From a virus (lineage: Duplodnaviria; Heunggongvirae; Uroviricota; Caudoviricetes): 7,959 nucleotides of DNA. Of this stretch, positions 1 through 6,537 are shown piece by piece (position 1 is the stretch's first letter; each line of letters begins with the position of its first letter). Made by a program: the position numbers and the translations under genes. The notes under the pieces were generated by a model. It saw only the letters and a program-made list of their open reading frames with translations. It was not told the origin of the DNA and made no database searches. The stretch lies in the IMG/VR virus record IMGVR_UViG_2728369554_000019; one strand, 5' to 3'.

Positions 1-1002
1 TTACCCTCTATTGTCAAAAGGGTTCAATTCAACAGCAGCCTCTAAATGACCTGGAGCAAAATGCGCATAACGCATAGTCATTTTTATATCGCTATGCCCC
101 AGTATTTTTTGCAACACAAGAATATTTCCGCCCCGCATCATAAAATGACTGGCAAACGTGTGACGTAGCACATGAGTTAATTGCCCATCAGGAAGCTCGA
201 TCTTCGCTCTCTTAATTGCAGCGTCAAAAGCCTCATAACATGGTGAAAATAGCGCTCCTCGTTTTTTGGGAAGCATAGCCTGCAATTGAGGTGAAATCGG
301 TACAGTGCGGTTCTTCTTTCCTTTAGTTTTAACAAATGTGATTCGACCGGGCAGTACTTGAGATTGCTTTAATCCTTCTGCTTCACTCCACCGAGCACCA
401 GTCGCAAGCCCAATACGGACAACAACCCCCAAATCTTTATTCCGTGACTCATCACACGCAATCAGAAGGCGTTCAATCTCATCTACATACAGAAACGCCA
501 GTTCCTTTTCTTCCTCACGAAACTTGCGAATACCAGTCAGGGGGTTTTCACCAGACCACTCCCCAAGGCGCTTCAGTTCGGCAAAAACAGCATGTAGATA
601 TGACTGCTCGCGATTAACGGTTGCTTCACTAAGTTTTTTCTTCCCCTTGGGATTCCATTCTCCTGATAGCCTTCTTTCCCGATAAGTGGCAAACATATTT
701 TTGTCAAACTGAGAAGCAAATGGATCTCCCAGCCTGGAACAAATCGCCTCAAGTTTGACTTTGCGCTCTGCACCAGAGGACAAGGTTTTACCGTACATCT
801 CAAACCAACGAGCAATCAACTCAGAAAGACGAGGACCAGAACCATCTTGAAACTCGTCTCCAACTCTACTATTCATTAAACGGCGCTCATAAGAGAGCGC
901 CTCACTTTTTGTCGCAAACTGTTTACGAATGCGTTTTCCCGATGCCCCGTAGGGATAACATTCGCAAAGCCATTTACCTGATGGAATCTTACGAACCGAC
1001 AT
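1..1002 (-). CDS. int: Tyrosine recombinase / phage integrase, P2/186 family, complete (333 aa)
   Basis: Translation shows the P2-family N-terminus (MSVRKIPSGKWLCECYPYGASGKRIRKQFATKSEAL) and tyrosine-recombinase catalytic boxes (GARWSEA; HVLRHTFASHFMMRGGNILVLQKILGH; MTMRYAH with the catalytic Tyr). Start ATG at 1000-1002 and stop TAA at 1-3 on the minus strand. Family assignment is from memory of 186/HP1/P2 integrases, not from a search. Confidence 0.9.
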   Translation of the reverse strand: MSVRKIPSGKWLCECYPYGASGKRIRKQFATKSEALSYERRLMNSRVGDEFQDGSGPRLSELIARWFEMYGKTLSSGAERKVKLEAICSRLGDPFASQFDKNMFATYRERRLSGEWNPKGKKKLSEATVNREQSYLHAVFAELKRLGEWSGENPLTGIRKFREEEKELAFLYVDEIERLLIACDESRNKDLGVVVRIGLATGARWSEAEGLKQSQVLPGRITFVKTKGKKNRTVPISPQLQAMLPKKRGALFSPCYEAFDAAIKRAKIELPDGQLTHVLRHTFASHFMMRGGNILVLQKILGHSDIKMTMRYAHFAPGHLEAAVELNPFDNRG

Positions 1003-1007
1003 TTTAG

Positions 1008-1355
1008 TTACTTATCACATAAATCAAATGCAGCCTTAGTGACATCCCCCAGACTCTTTTTTAACCCTGGGGCGGCATCATTATCTAGCCAAAATGGATT
1101 ATTGTTATCTAACGGTAACGCACCAAATGTTTTACCTTTTATTCGAGCCAAACCTGTAAGTGCATATAACTTATTATCGTCAAAATTCATCACATAAGGA
1201 TTACCATCAAGACACTGTAATTGAACCTCATCAGTATTAAATGGCCATACCCCATTGAAACTCTCACGTTCAATAGTTTTAAAAGGCATTGCGACGGCGG
1301 AAAAAGAAAACATAGATAAAAAAGTAACTAATAGTTGAACCTTTTTTACTTTCAT
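1008..1355 (-). CDS. Small secreted/periplasmic protein of unknown function (115 aa) with N-terminal signal peptide and two Cys in the mature part
   Basis: N-terminus MKVKKVQLLVTFLSMFSFSAVA-MP has a basic n-region, hydrophobic core and AXA-like cleavage site. Cys in QCLDG and DLCDK. SD GAGGT lies about 8 nt upstream of the ATG. Stop is 5 nt before the int start, with no separate SD for int. Confidence 0.6.
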   Translation of the reverse strand: MKVKKVQLLVTFLSMFSFSAVAMPFKTIERESFNGVWPFNTDEVQLQCLDGNPYVMNFDDNKLYALTGLARIKGKTFGALPLDNNNPFWLDNDAAPGLKKSLGDVTKAAFDLCDK

Positions 1356-1384
1356 ATCATTACCTCAATTTAGCTCAAGTAAGA

Positions 1385-2035
1385 TTACAAATTAAAAAAC
1401 GCCCTAGAAATGACACCGCCTACCAAAACCCCTACGCAGATAAAGAATATTATTTCTTTTGGATAAAGTCGGATTAATTCTGAAGCACGAAGTCGGACTT
1501 CTGGTAAGGTCGAACTCTCTGTGTGGCTTGATGCCGATTGTTGCTCTAACCACGACAATGCAGACTGTAACTGAGAACGAGTAAGATCGTTTAAACGTCC
1601 TGTACCGAAATTGATATGGCAATACCGCAGAAGTTTTTGTCGAAGTCCACAGTCTTCACTGTTACGTAGTAATAAACTTACAAGAGCCTTACAGGCATCA
1701 TGATCTTTACATCGCTCAAGCATTGCATGCAGAAAACTCTCCGCTGTTTTATATTGATTTACTGTCATATCATCAATACCAGCTACACCAATCTCCGCAT
1801 GTACTTTTTGCCAAATAATAAACGCTTCAGTATTGCTAGCTTCTGCAATAGCAGCAACCAAGCTATTTAGCTCCTTACGCTGAGCCTTAAGCAAAGGGCG
1901 ATCGTCATCATCATTATTCGAAGGGATTGCGATATTGACAGTATGAGAACCATCATATCGCTCTATCTGAATATTCTTTTCGTGAAAATCACGCCCAGCA
2001 ACGCGATTGTTTGAACCGTTTGAGTTGACGGCCAT
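1385..2035 (-). CDS. Tail-anchored membrane protein of unknown function (216 aa): soluble N-terminal domain plus a single C-terminal transmembrane helix
   Basis: Strong SD (AGGGAGGTGA) immediately upstream of the ATG. The only hydrophobic segment is at the extreme C-terminus (EIIFFICVGVLVGGVISRAFF). Acidic DDDD tract near the N-terminus. No recognisable catalytic motif by eye. Confidence 0.65.
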   Translation of the reverse strand: MAVNSNGSNNRVAGRDFHEKNIQIERYDGSHTVNIAIPSNNDDDDRPLLKAQRKELNSLVAAIAEASNTEAFIIWQKVHAEIGVAGIDDMTVNQYKTAESFLHAMLERCKDHDACKALVSLLLRNSEDCGLRQKLLRYCHINFGTGRLNDLTRSQLQSALSWLEQQSASSHTESSTLPEVRLRASELIRLYPKEIIFFICVGVLVGGVISRAFFNL

Positions 2036-2050
2036 GTCACCTCCCTACTA

Positions 2051-2455
2051 TCACCTACCCTTAGTTTCGTTATAGTCACGACCAGCGATACGGTTATTAC
2101 CACCAGAAATATTTAACTCACGTCCTGATGGCTGAGTTTCCTTTTCACTGATCGCACCTTTTAAAGCCCCAATCACCGCGTTTTTCACATCTAACGAAGC
2201 TGCTCGAAAGCGAGTAATCAACTCCTGCTCATCATCGTTATAAGTTTCAGGTGAGTGAATTCCCAACACAACATACTGAACATCAAGGCCAAAACGAGAC
2301 AGCGCTGCCAAATACGCAGCATCAGGAAAGCTATCTCCTTTCTCATATCTAAGCTGAGTTAGCTTTTTGACTCCACCAATGTCGCTCATGGCAACTTGAC
2401 TAAGTCCCAATCTTTCCCTTTCCTCACGCAACCGCTGACCAATATCATTTTTCAT
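2051..2455 (-). CDS. HTH XRE/Cro-CI-family transcriptional regulator, putative prophage immunity repressor (134 aa)
   Basis: N-terminal helix-turn-helix signature (IGQRLREERERLGLSQVAMSDIGGVKKLTQLRYEKG). It is the first gene of the leftward operon ending in int and is adjacent to the switch region, which is the position of C/cI in P2/186-type phages. Confidence 0.8.
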   Translation of the reverse strand: MKNDIGQRLREERERLGLSQVAMSDIGGVKKLTQLRYEKGDSFPDAAYLAALSRFGLDVQYVVLGIHSPETYNDDEQELITRFRAASLDVKNAVIGALKGAISEKETQPSGRELNISGGNNRIAGRDYNETKGR

Positions 2456-2530
2456 ACAAAAACCTTGACAGGTATCTTTTTTGATACCAAAATGATTTCA
2501 CGAGCTATTAGATGATCACAATATACCACT
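2456..2530. promoter_or_regulatory. Lysis/lysogeny switch region: candidate sigma70 -35 box plus 18-bp palindromic operator candidate
   Basis: TTGACA at 2465-2470 on the + strand; the downstream -10 is weak (CAAAAT-like). Perfect inverted repeat GGTATC-N6-GATACC at 2471-2488 lies in the promoter spacer. The 75-bp gap sits between oppositely oriented operons. Confidence 0.4.
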
Positions 2531-2737
2531 ATGAAACAAGTTCTTCACGATACCAGATCACGCATTCCGCGTAACACCGCCACAGGTCCAAGACTGGCAC
2601 TTCGGCTGTCCCTCGAGGAGCGAGCCGTCATTGATGAAATGGCAGCTAAAGAACAACGCTCATCCTCTAACATGGCGCGCATGATCTTCCTTCGCGGCCT
2701 AGAGCTAACCCAGAAAGAACAAAACAAATCTTCCTGA
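2531..2737 (+). CDS. Small DNA-binding protein, possibly ribbon-helix-helix (68 aa); putative early/lytic regulator
   Basis: First ORF of the rightward operon. Segment LALRLSLEERAVIDEMAAKEQRSSSNMARMIFLRGL resembles a beta-strand plus two-helix RHH pattern. No clear SD, so the start is uncertain. Confidence 0.45.
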   Translation: MKQVLHDTRSRIPRNTATGPRLALRLSLEERAVIDEMAAKEQRSSSNMARMIFLRGLELTQKEQNKSS

Positions 2738-2753
2738 TCAGGAGGCTAGTGGG

Positions 2754-2957
2754 ATGTCAGGTATAACCATCAATATCAATGTGAATGCCCCCTATGTATC
2801 CCTGCAGAAATATGCAGAGATAACAGGTATCCCTCTTAATACGTGCAAAAAGATGTTGGCTGACGGTCGAATTATTATCCGCCCCAAACGCGCCAAAATG
2901 GAAAAGCCTGAAGTAAACCTTGTGGCGATGTTAAAAGACGCTTTGGCTAACAGCTAA
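2754..2957 (+). CDS. Small HTH protein, Cox/Apl/excisionase-like (67 aa)
   Basis: SD AGGAGG 8 nt upstream of the ATG. Motif YVSLQKYAEITGIPLNTCKKMLADGRIIIRPKR matches the small HTH excisionase/regulator pattern of P2 Cox and 186 Apl (recalled from memory). Confidence 0.55.
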   Translation: MSGITININVNAPYVSLQKYAEITGIPLNTCKKMLADGRIIIRPKRAKMEKPEVNLVAMLKDALANS

Positions 2958-2978
2958 AACAATGAACAGAGCACCATC

Positions 2979-3586
2979 ATGAAAAAAAACGCTAATAATC
3001 CATACTCCAAATTTCGTAATGGCGTAGAACGCCATGTACACCACGTCGCTACCAGTGCATCACGTAGTAACAGTCGCTATAACCTGAACGAGACGCACGC
3101 AACACCGGATGGCCACGCTGTAAAACAAATCGGCGAGCATGCCTGGCTGATTGAGAAAGCTGGAATCGTGGTCCACAAATGCCTACGCAATCCGTTTACC
3201 GGAAACCGCATTTTTGCATTGAACTGCGGCGACAATCACTTCGGGCAGGATTTCACATTATACGAAGCACTTCGCACGGTTGATCGTCTGCTTCGCGGGC
3301 AAAGTTTTATTAAACAGNNNNNNNNNNNNNNNNNNNNNNNNNNNNNNNNNNNNNNNNNNNNNNNNNNNNNNNNNNNNNNNNNNNNNNNNNNNNNNNNNNN
3401 NNNNNNNNNNNNNACGCAGCTACTTACGTTTATCTGAACGGTACGCGCCTGACTGTGGAGCTTCCGTACCAGACCGTACGAGAAATCATTAGCGAAGCTG
3501 AAAAGGCACGTCAGGTTAATGGCGATGAACCCTATATCGAAATTATTTGTATGGATTCAGAAGCTGAAATTCAGAAAGCAGATTAA
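2979..3586 (+). CDS. Hypothetical early-region protein interrupted by a 96-N gap; N-terminal part 2979..3317, C-terminal part 3416..3586
   Basis: Open frame from ATG 2979 up to the N-run. After the gap a clean coding frame (AATYVYLNGTRLTVELPYQTVREIISEAEKARQVNGDEPYIEIICMDSEAEIQKAD) ends with TAA at 3584-3586. The two parts are in different frames across the N-run, so the gap length is not the true length. Confidence 0.4.
3318..3413. other. Assembly gap or masked region (96 N)
   Basis: Run of N inside an apparent coding region. Confidence 0.9.
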
Positions 3587-3597
3587 AGGGCGTTGCG

Positions 3598-3840
3598 ATG
3601 GGCAAAGAATATAAAACTCTCATTAACAAAGCACTTGAACGATTTTATTTTCGCTTAAGTGCATCAGGCGCTCATGCTGAACATGCAGCCCGTGACTCAT
3701 TGACCAGGGCAATCCGGAGTTTGTATGACGTTGCTTTTTACGCTGATGATCTGGATGCACTTAACGAACTTTCCGAGCTGATCTGTGCCGCAGAATGCGG
3801 GGAACATATTGAACCGTATAAGCTGGGGAATATTGCATGA
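3598..3840 (+). CDS. Hypothetical protein (80 aa)
   Basis: SD AAAGGG about 8 nt upstream. Stop overlaps the next start (ATGA). Non-repetitive, helical-looking composition. Confidence 0.5.
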   Translation: MGKEYKTLINKALERFYFRLSASGAHAEHAARDSLTRAIRSLYDVAFYADDLDALNELSELICAAECGEHIEPYKLGNIA

Positions 3841-3950
3841 GTATATTTATCTCATGGCTTGTTCTGATTATTTCGGTGGCCTGCGCCATTGGGATTATGC
3901 GAATTATTCATTCAGTAAAAAAGATTGAACGCTTTTTCACTGGTGAATAA
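3837..3950 (+). CDS. Small hydrophobic membrane peptide (37 aa)
   Basis: ATG at 3837 overlaps the upstream TGA (ATGA coupling). Translation MSIFISWLVLIISVACAIGIMRIIHSVKKIERFFTGE is one predicted TM helix followed by a basic tail. Missing from the supplied ORF track, presumably because it is short. Confidence 0.35.
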   Translation: MSIFISWLVLIISVACAIGIMRIIHSVKKIERFFTGE

Positions 3951-4043
3951 CGATACAAATAAAGCATCAAATTAAATAAGAAAACGTGAAAACCATCCGT
4001 ATTAACGGAGGTATTCGCACACGCAAATAACGGAGATACAAAA

Positions 4044-4365
4044 ATGCACGCAAAAGAAGAAGGTATCATCAGAGCACTGAAAGAAATNNNNNNNNNNNNN
4101 NNNNNNNNNNNNNNNNNNNNNNNNNNNNNNNNNNNNNNNNNNNNNNNNNNNNNNNNNNNNNNNNNNNNNNNNNNNNNNNNNNNNNNNNNNNNNNNNNNNN
4201 NNNNNNNNNNNNNNNNNNNNNNNNNNNNNNNNNNNNNNNNNNNNNNNNNNNNNNNNNNNNNNNNNNNNNNNNNNNNNNNNNNNAATTCTGACAAATCTCC
4301 GCCTGATAGAACGCTCTCAAGCTGTATTCATTGATGACGCGCAACGTGCCGTATTTAACGCATAG
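4044..4365 (+). CDS. Hypothetical early-region protein interrupted by a 196-N gap; N-terminal part 4044..4087, C-terminal part 4285..4365
   Basis: SD GGAG 8 nt upstream of ATG 4044 (MHAKEEGIIRALKE...). After the gap a coding-like frame (ILTNLRLIERSQAVFIDDAQRAVFNA) ends with TAG at 4363-4365. Frames do not match across the gap. Confidence 0.35.
4088..4283. other. Assembly gap or masked region (196 N)
   Basis: Run of N inside an apparent coding region. Confidence 0.9.
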
Positions 4366-4388
4366 GGTTACTGGACAAAGGGGGCGCA

Positions 4389-4592
4389 ATGGCAATTAAG
4401 CATTTTTCCGTCGTTCGCTTTACCTCCAGAGGGCGCGAATACGAGGTCGACGAACGCCTGATTACCACTATCGACAAACATCGTTCGGAAAAGGATGCAC
4501 ACCACATCTACCTCACTGACGGCACTTATTTCTGCGCCACCAACGTGGCGCGGGTGAATCTTATCCGACAAGTACAGGAGCCACGCAGATGA
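4389..4592 (+). CDS. Hypothetical protein (67 aa)
   Basis: Strong SD AAGGGGG upstream. Stop overlaps the next start (ATGA). Confidence 0.55.
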   Translation: MAIKHFSVVRFTSRGREYEVDERLITTIDKHRSEKDAHHIYLTDGTYFCATNVARVNLIRQVQEPRR

Positions 4593-4855
4593 CCATTCTG
4601 GACTACATCGCTACTCATCCGGGGTGTAGCGGCGGAGAGATCGCCGCAGCACTGAATACTCCAACCACAGCCATTAATGCTGAGTTACGCCAACTTTGGC
4701 GCGGCGGCTTAGTCATCAGAACAAACCGCAGCACAGGTGGTCGCGCTCGCAAAACTGGAGGCCAGGCTTCTTACCACGTAAACCCGATGCCGTTCGGGTG
4801 TAGCAATCCACTTACTCACATGTTTAACCAGCTACTGAAGGAAGCCAGAACATGA
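4589..4855 (+). CDS. Hypothetical protein (88 aa), possible winged-helix DNA-binding fold
   Basis: SD CAGGAG 8 nt upstream. ATGA overlap at both ends. Segment SGGEIAAALNTPTTAINAELRQLWRGGLV is HTH-like; this is a weak inference. Confidence 0.5.
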   Translation: MTILDYIATHPGCSGGEIAAALNTPTTAINAELRQLWRGGLVIRTNRSTGGRARKTGGQASYHVNPMPFGCSNPLTHMFNQLLKEART

Positions 4856-5151
4856 GCACCATCAACCACCAGAAGCTACGCGAACTGGCATTTGCCCTGC
4901 AACGAATGGCAACGCCTCAAAAATTACTGGCATTTCGCGCAATACTCTCGCCGTCTGCTGTGCTGGCACTGCTGGATCAGCTGGAGCACGCCAGAACCAC
5001 GGCTCCTGCCATTCGCCTCACGCTCCATCATGAAATCGCTGATTTCTGCGCAACGCTGGGGGCACCTGGCGAACCGGAAACGCCGGAAGCAATGCAGCAA
5101 GAGCTGCTGCAACGCATCGATAACGTTTTTGATTTTTTTCTGAACCAGTAA
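4852..5151 (+). CDS. Hypothetical protein (99 aa)
   Basis: SD GAAGGAAG upstream; translationally coupled to the previous gene. Followed by a structured noncoding region. Confidence 0.5.
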   Translation: MSTINHQKLRELAFALQRMATPQKLLAFRAILSPSAVLALLDQLEHARTTAPAIRLTLHHEIADFCATLGAPGEPETPEAMQQELLQRIDNVFDFFLNQ

Positions 5152-5273
5152 GAAACCAGAACATGCACACACAAAAAAACCGCTTGCCATGCCTCAATCG
5201 GTCAGGTTACATTTCCGCTGCACCTCATAAAACGGGTGCCGGGATTCTCAACCCGATACAGAGCAAAGCGCAT

Positions 5274-5296
5274 AACCGCGCAAGCGGTTTTTTTGT
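5274..5296 (+). terminator. Candidate rho-independent terminator
   Basis: Stem ACCGC / GCGGT (5275-5279 and 5284-5288) with GNRA tetraloop GCAA, followed by a run of eight T (5288-5295). Confidence 0.5.
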
Positions 5297-5473
5297 GCGT
5301 ACTGTATTGCCACGTCTTTTTCGCGTCAGAATTATGGCGGGGCGTACGGGGCCGACTTCGGTCGGGCCGGATTCTTTGCTCTCCGGTGTTGAGAACCCTG
5401 TACGTCTCGCCACCCCGAGATTCTCAACTCTGGATGGTGAGTTATTTCTATCACCGAGCAAAGAGGCCACACC

Positions 5474-5704
5474 ATGGCAGACCGCAAACAGCACCGCGCT
5501 ATCGCGGAGCGTCGTCACATCCAGACTGAAATCAACCACAGACTTTCCCGCGCATCACGCGTCGCGCAAATCATGCACATCAATATGCTGCATGAGCGCA
5601 GCCACGCACTATCAAACATTTATTCCGCCTCTGTTTTCAGCTATCTGGCGGATGATCTGCACGAGCTTCAACAGCTCATCCAGCAGCAAAACAAACTCCA
5701 TTAA
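5474..5704 (+). CDS. Hypothetical small basic protein (76 aa)
   Basis: SD AAGAGG about 8 nt upstream. Charged, helical-looking composition. Preferred over the overlapping 205-aa ORF 5163..5780, which runs through the terminator structures. Confidence 0.45.
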   Translation: MADRKQHRAIAERRHIQTEINHRLSRASRVAQIMHINMLHERSHALSNIYSASVFSYLADDLHELQQLIQQQNKLH

Positions 5705-5776
5705 TTCCTGTTCCGGGCCTTTCCTGCACCTTGCGGCGGGAGGCCTTCGCACATCTGTAACAAGAGGATTGCCGCA

Positions 5777-6142
5777 ATGATTCTCGCCAACGACTTTCTT
5801 GAATACCTGCTCAACACAGAGCGTGATCTTGCCGCTCGCGTACGTGATCGTTATGACATGTATCTGAAATCCCTGCCTGTACCGCAGCTCGCTGACGGAA
5901 AAATTGTTATTGATGGTCGCTACATGATTGACAGCCACGAGGGGAATTACAGGCTTTACCGCATTGAAGCCGGCACCCCGTCCGTTATTGGCATTTACCA
6001 GCGCCCATCCTCTGCGATCGTCGATGTGATTGCCGACAGCATCCGCATCACACACCACCATGCCGACACAGAAGACACTGTGCTGGAGATTCAGCGGCTG
6101 GCTACCGTTTGCCGTGACACTCTGAACGGAATGACGAAGTAA
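5777..6142 (+). CDS. Hypothetical protein (121 aa) immediately upstream of the replication gene
   Basis: SD AAGAGGA 8 nt upstream. Stop is 6 nt before the gpA-like start. A second, 5'-truncated copy lies at 6538..6858. Confidence 0.6.
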   Translation: MILANDFLEYLLNTERDLAARVRDRYDMYLKSLPVPQLADGKIVIDGRYMIDSHEGNYRLYRIEAGTPSVIGIYQRPSSAIVDVIADSIRITHHHADTEDTVLEIQRLATVCRDTLNGMTK

Positions 6143-6148
6143 ATCAGT

Positions 6149-6526
6149 ATGACGACAGAGTACATCAGGGACTGGCAACAACCGCGCCACACAGTAGGAC
6201 GTGAAGGAACGGAGATCCCCGCACCTGAATCCGCACTTTCCTCCTGGCTGGATGCCTACCGGGCAGAGAACGAACGCCGCCAGGAAATGGCTGATGCGGC
6301 GTTCTCCGCCACACCGCTGGGCAACCTGATTAATAAAAGCCTGGACGCACAGGAAAAACAGGACAAAACCATCACACTGGCCAGAGAAGCCAGAAAACAG
6401 GCACGCGGCGCGGTGGATGAAGCCATGGCCTCGCTGCGCCTGCTGCCATCCTATCTGCGCGATCCGCTTATTCGCCACCTCTCCTTCCTGCGCAAAAAAC
6501 AGGAAGCCGATCGCCGGAAAGGCAAA
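6149..6526 (+). CDS. N-terminal 126 codons of a gpA-like replication initiation gene (copy 1), cut off by the 10-N gap
   Basis: Translation MTTEYIRDWQQPRH...RKKQEADRRKGK is near-identical to the first 126 aa of the CDS at 6865..7959. The frame runs into the N-run at 6527. Confidence 0.5.
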
Positions 6527-6536
6527 NNNNNNNNNN
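6527..6536. other. 10-N scaffold gap at the junction of two about 95% identical direct repeat copies
   Basis: Run of 10 N. Sequence 5822..6526 is repeated at 6538..7242. Confidence 0.9.
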
Positions 6537-6537
6537 A

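Noticed and set aside
1-60. Looked for an attachment-site core or tRNA 3' end next to the integrase stop
   Set aside because: The integrase stop is at positions 1-3, so any att core or tRNA lies outside the window. Nothing can be called from this sequence.
573-815. 80-aa minus-strand ORF inside the integrase gene
   Set aside because: Alternative frame within a confidently identified integrase CDS; no independent support.
1404-1622. 72-aa minus-strand ORF overlapping the 216-aa membrane protein gene
   Set aside because: Out-of-frame overlap with a better-supported gene that has a strong SD; odd composition.
2545-2727. 60-aa minus-strand ORF antisense to the first early gene
   Set aside because: Antisense to an operon gene and no translation signals; likely a chance ORF.
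3908-4395. Minus-strand ORFs (3908..4294, 4069..4395) and + strand ORF 4044..4334 extended through the 196-N run
   Set aside because: Their length comes from N being translated as X; outside the gap they have no SD and are antisense to, or out of frame with, the coding-like + strand segments.
4368-5539. Overlapping chance ORFs (4368..4571 -, 4892..5143 +, 4924..5190 -, 5225..5539 -, 5236..5529 +)
   Set aside because: Each overlaps a better-supported, translationally coupled + strand gene or the structured noncoding region, and none has a start context.
5163-5780. 205-aa + strand ORF spanning the noncoding structured region
   Set aside because: It starts with no SD right after the preceding stop, reads through two terminator-like hairpins and has a low-complexity Ser/Thr-rich C-terminus. 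The 76-aa ORF 5474..5704 in another frame has a proper SD and is the more credible gene.
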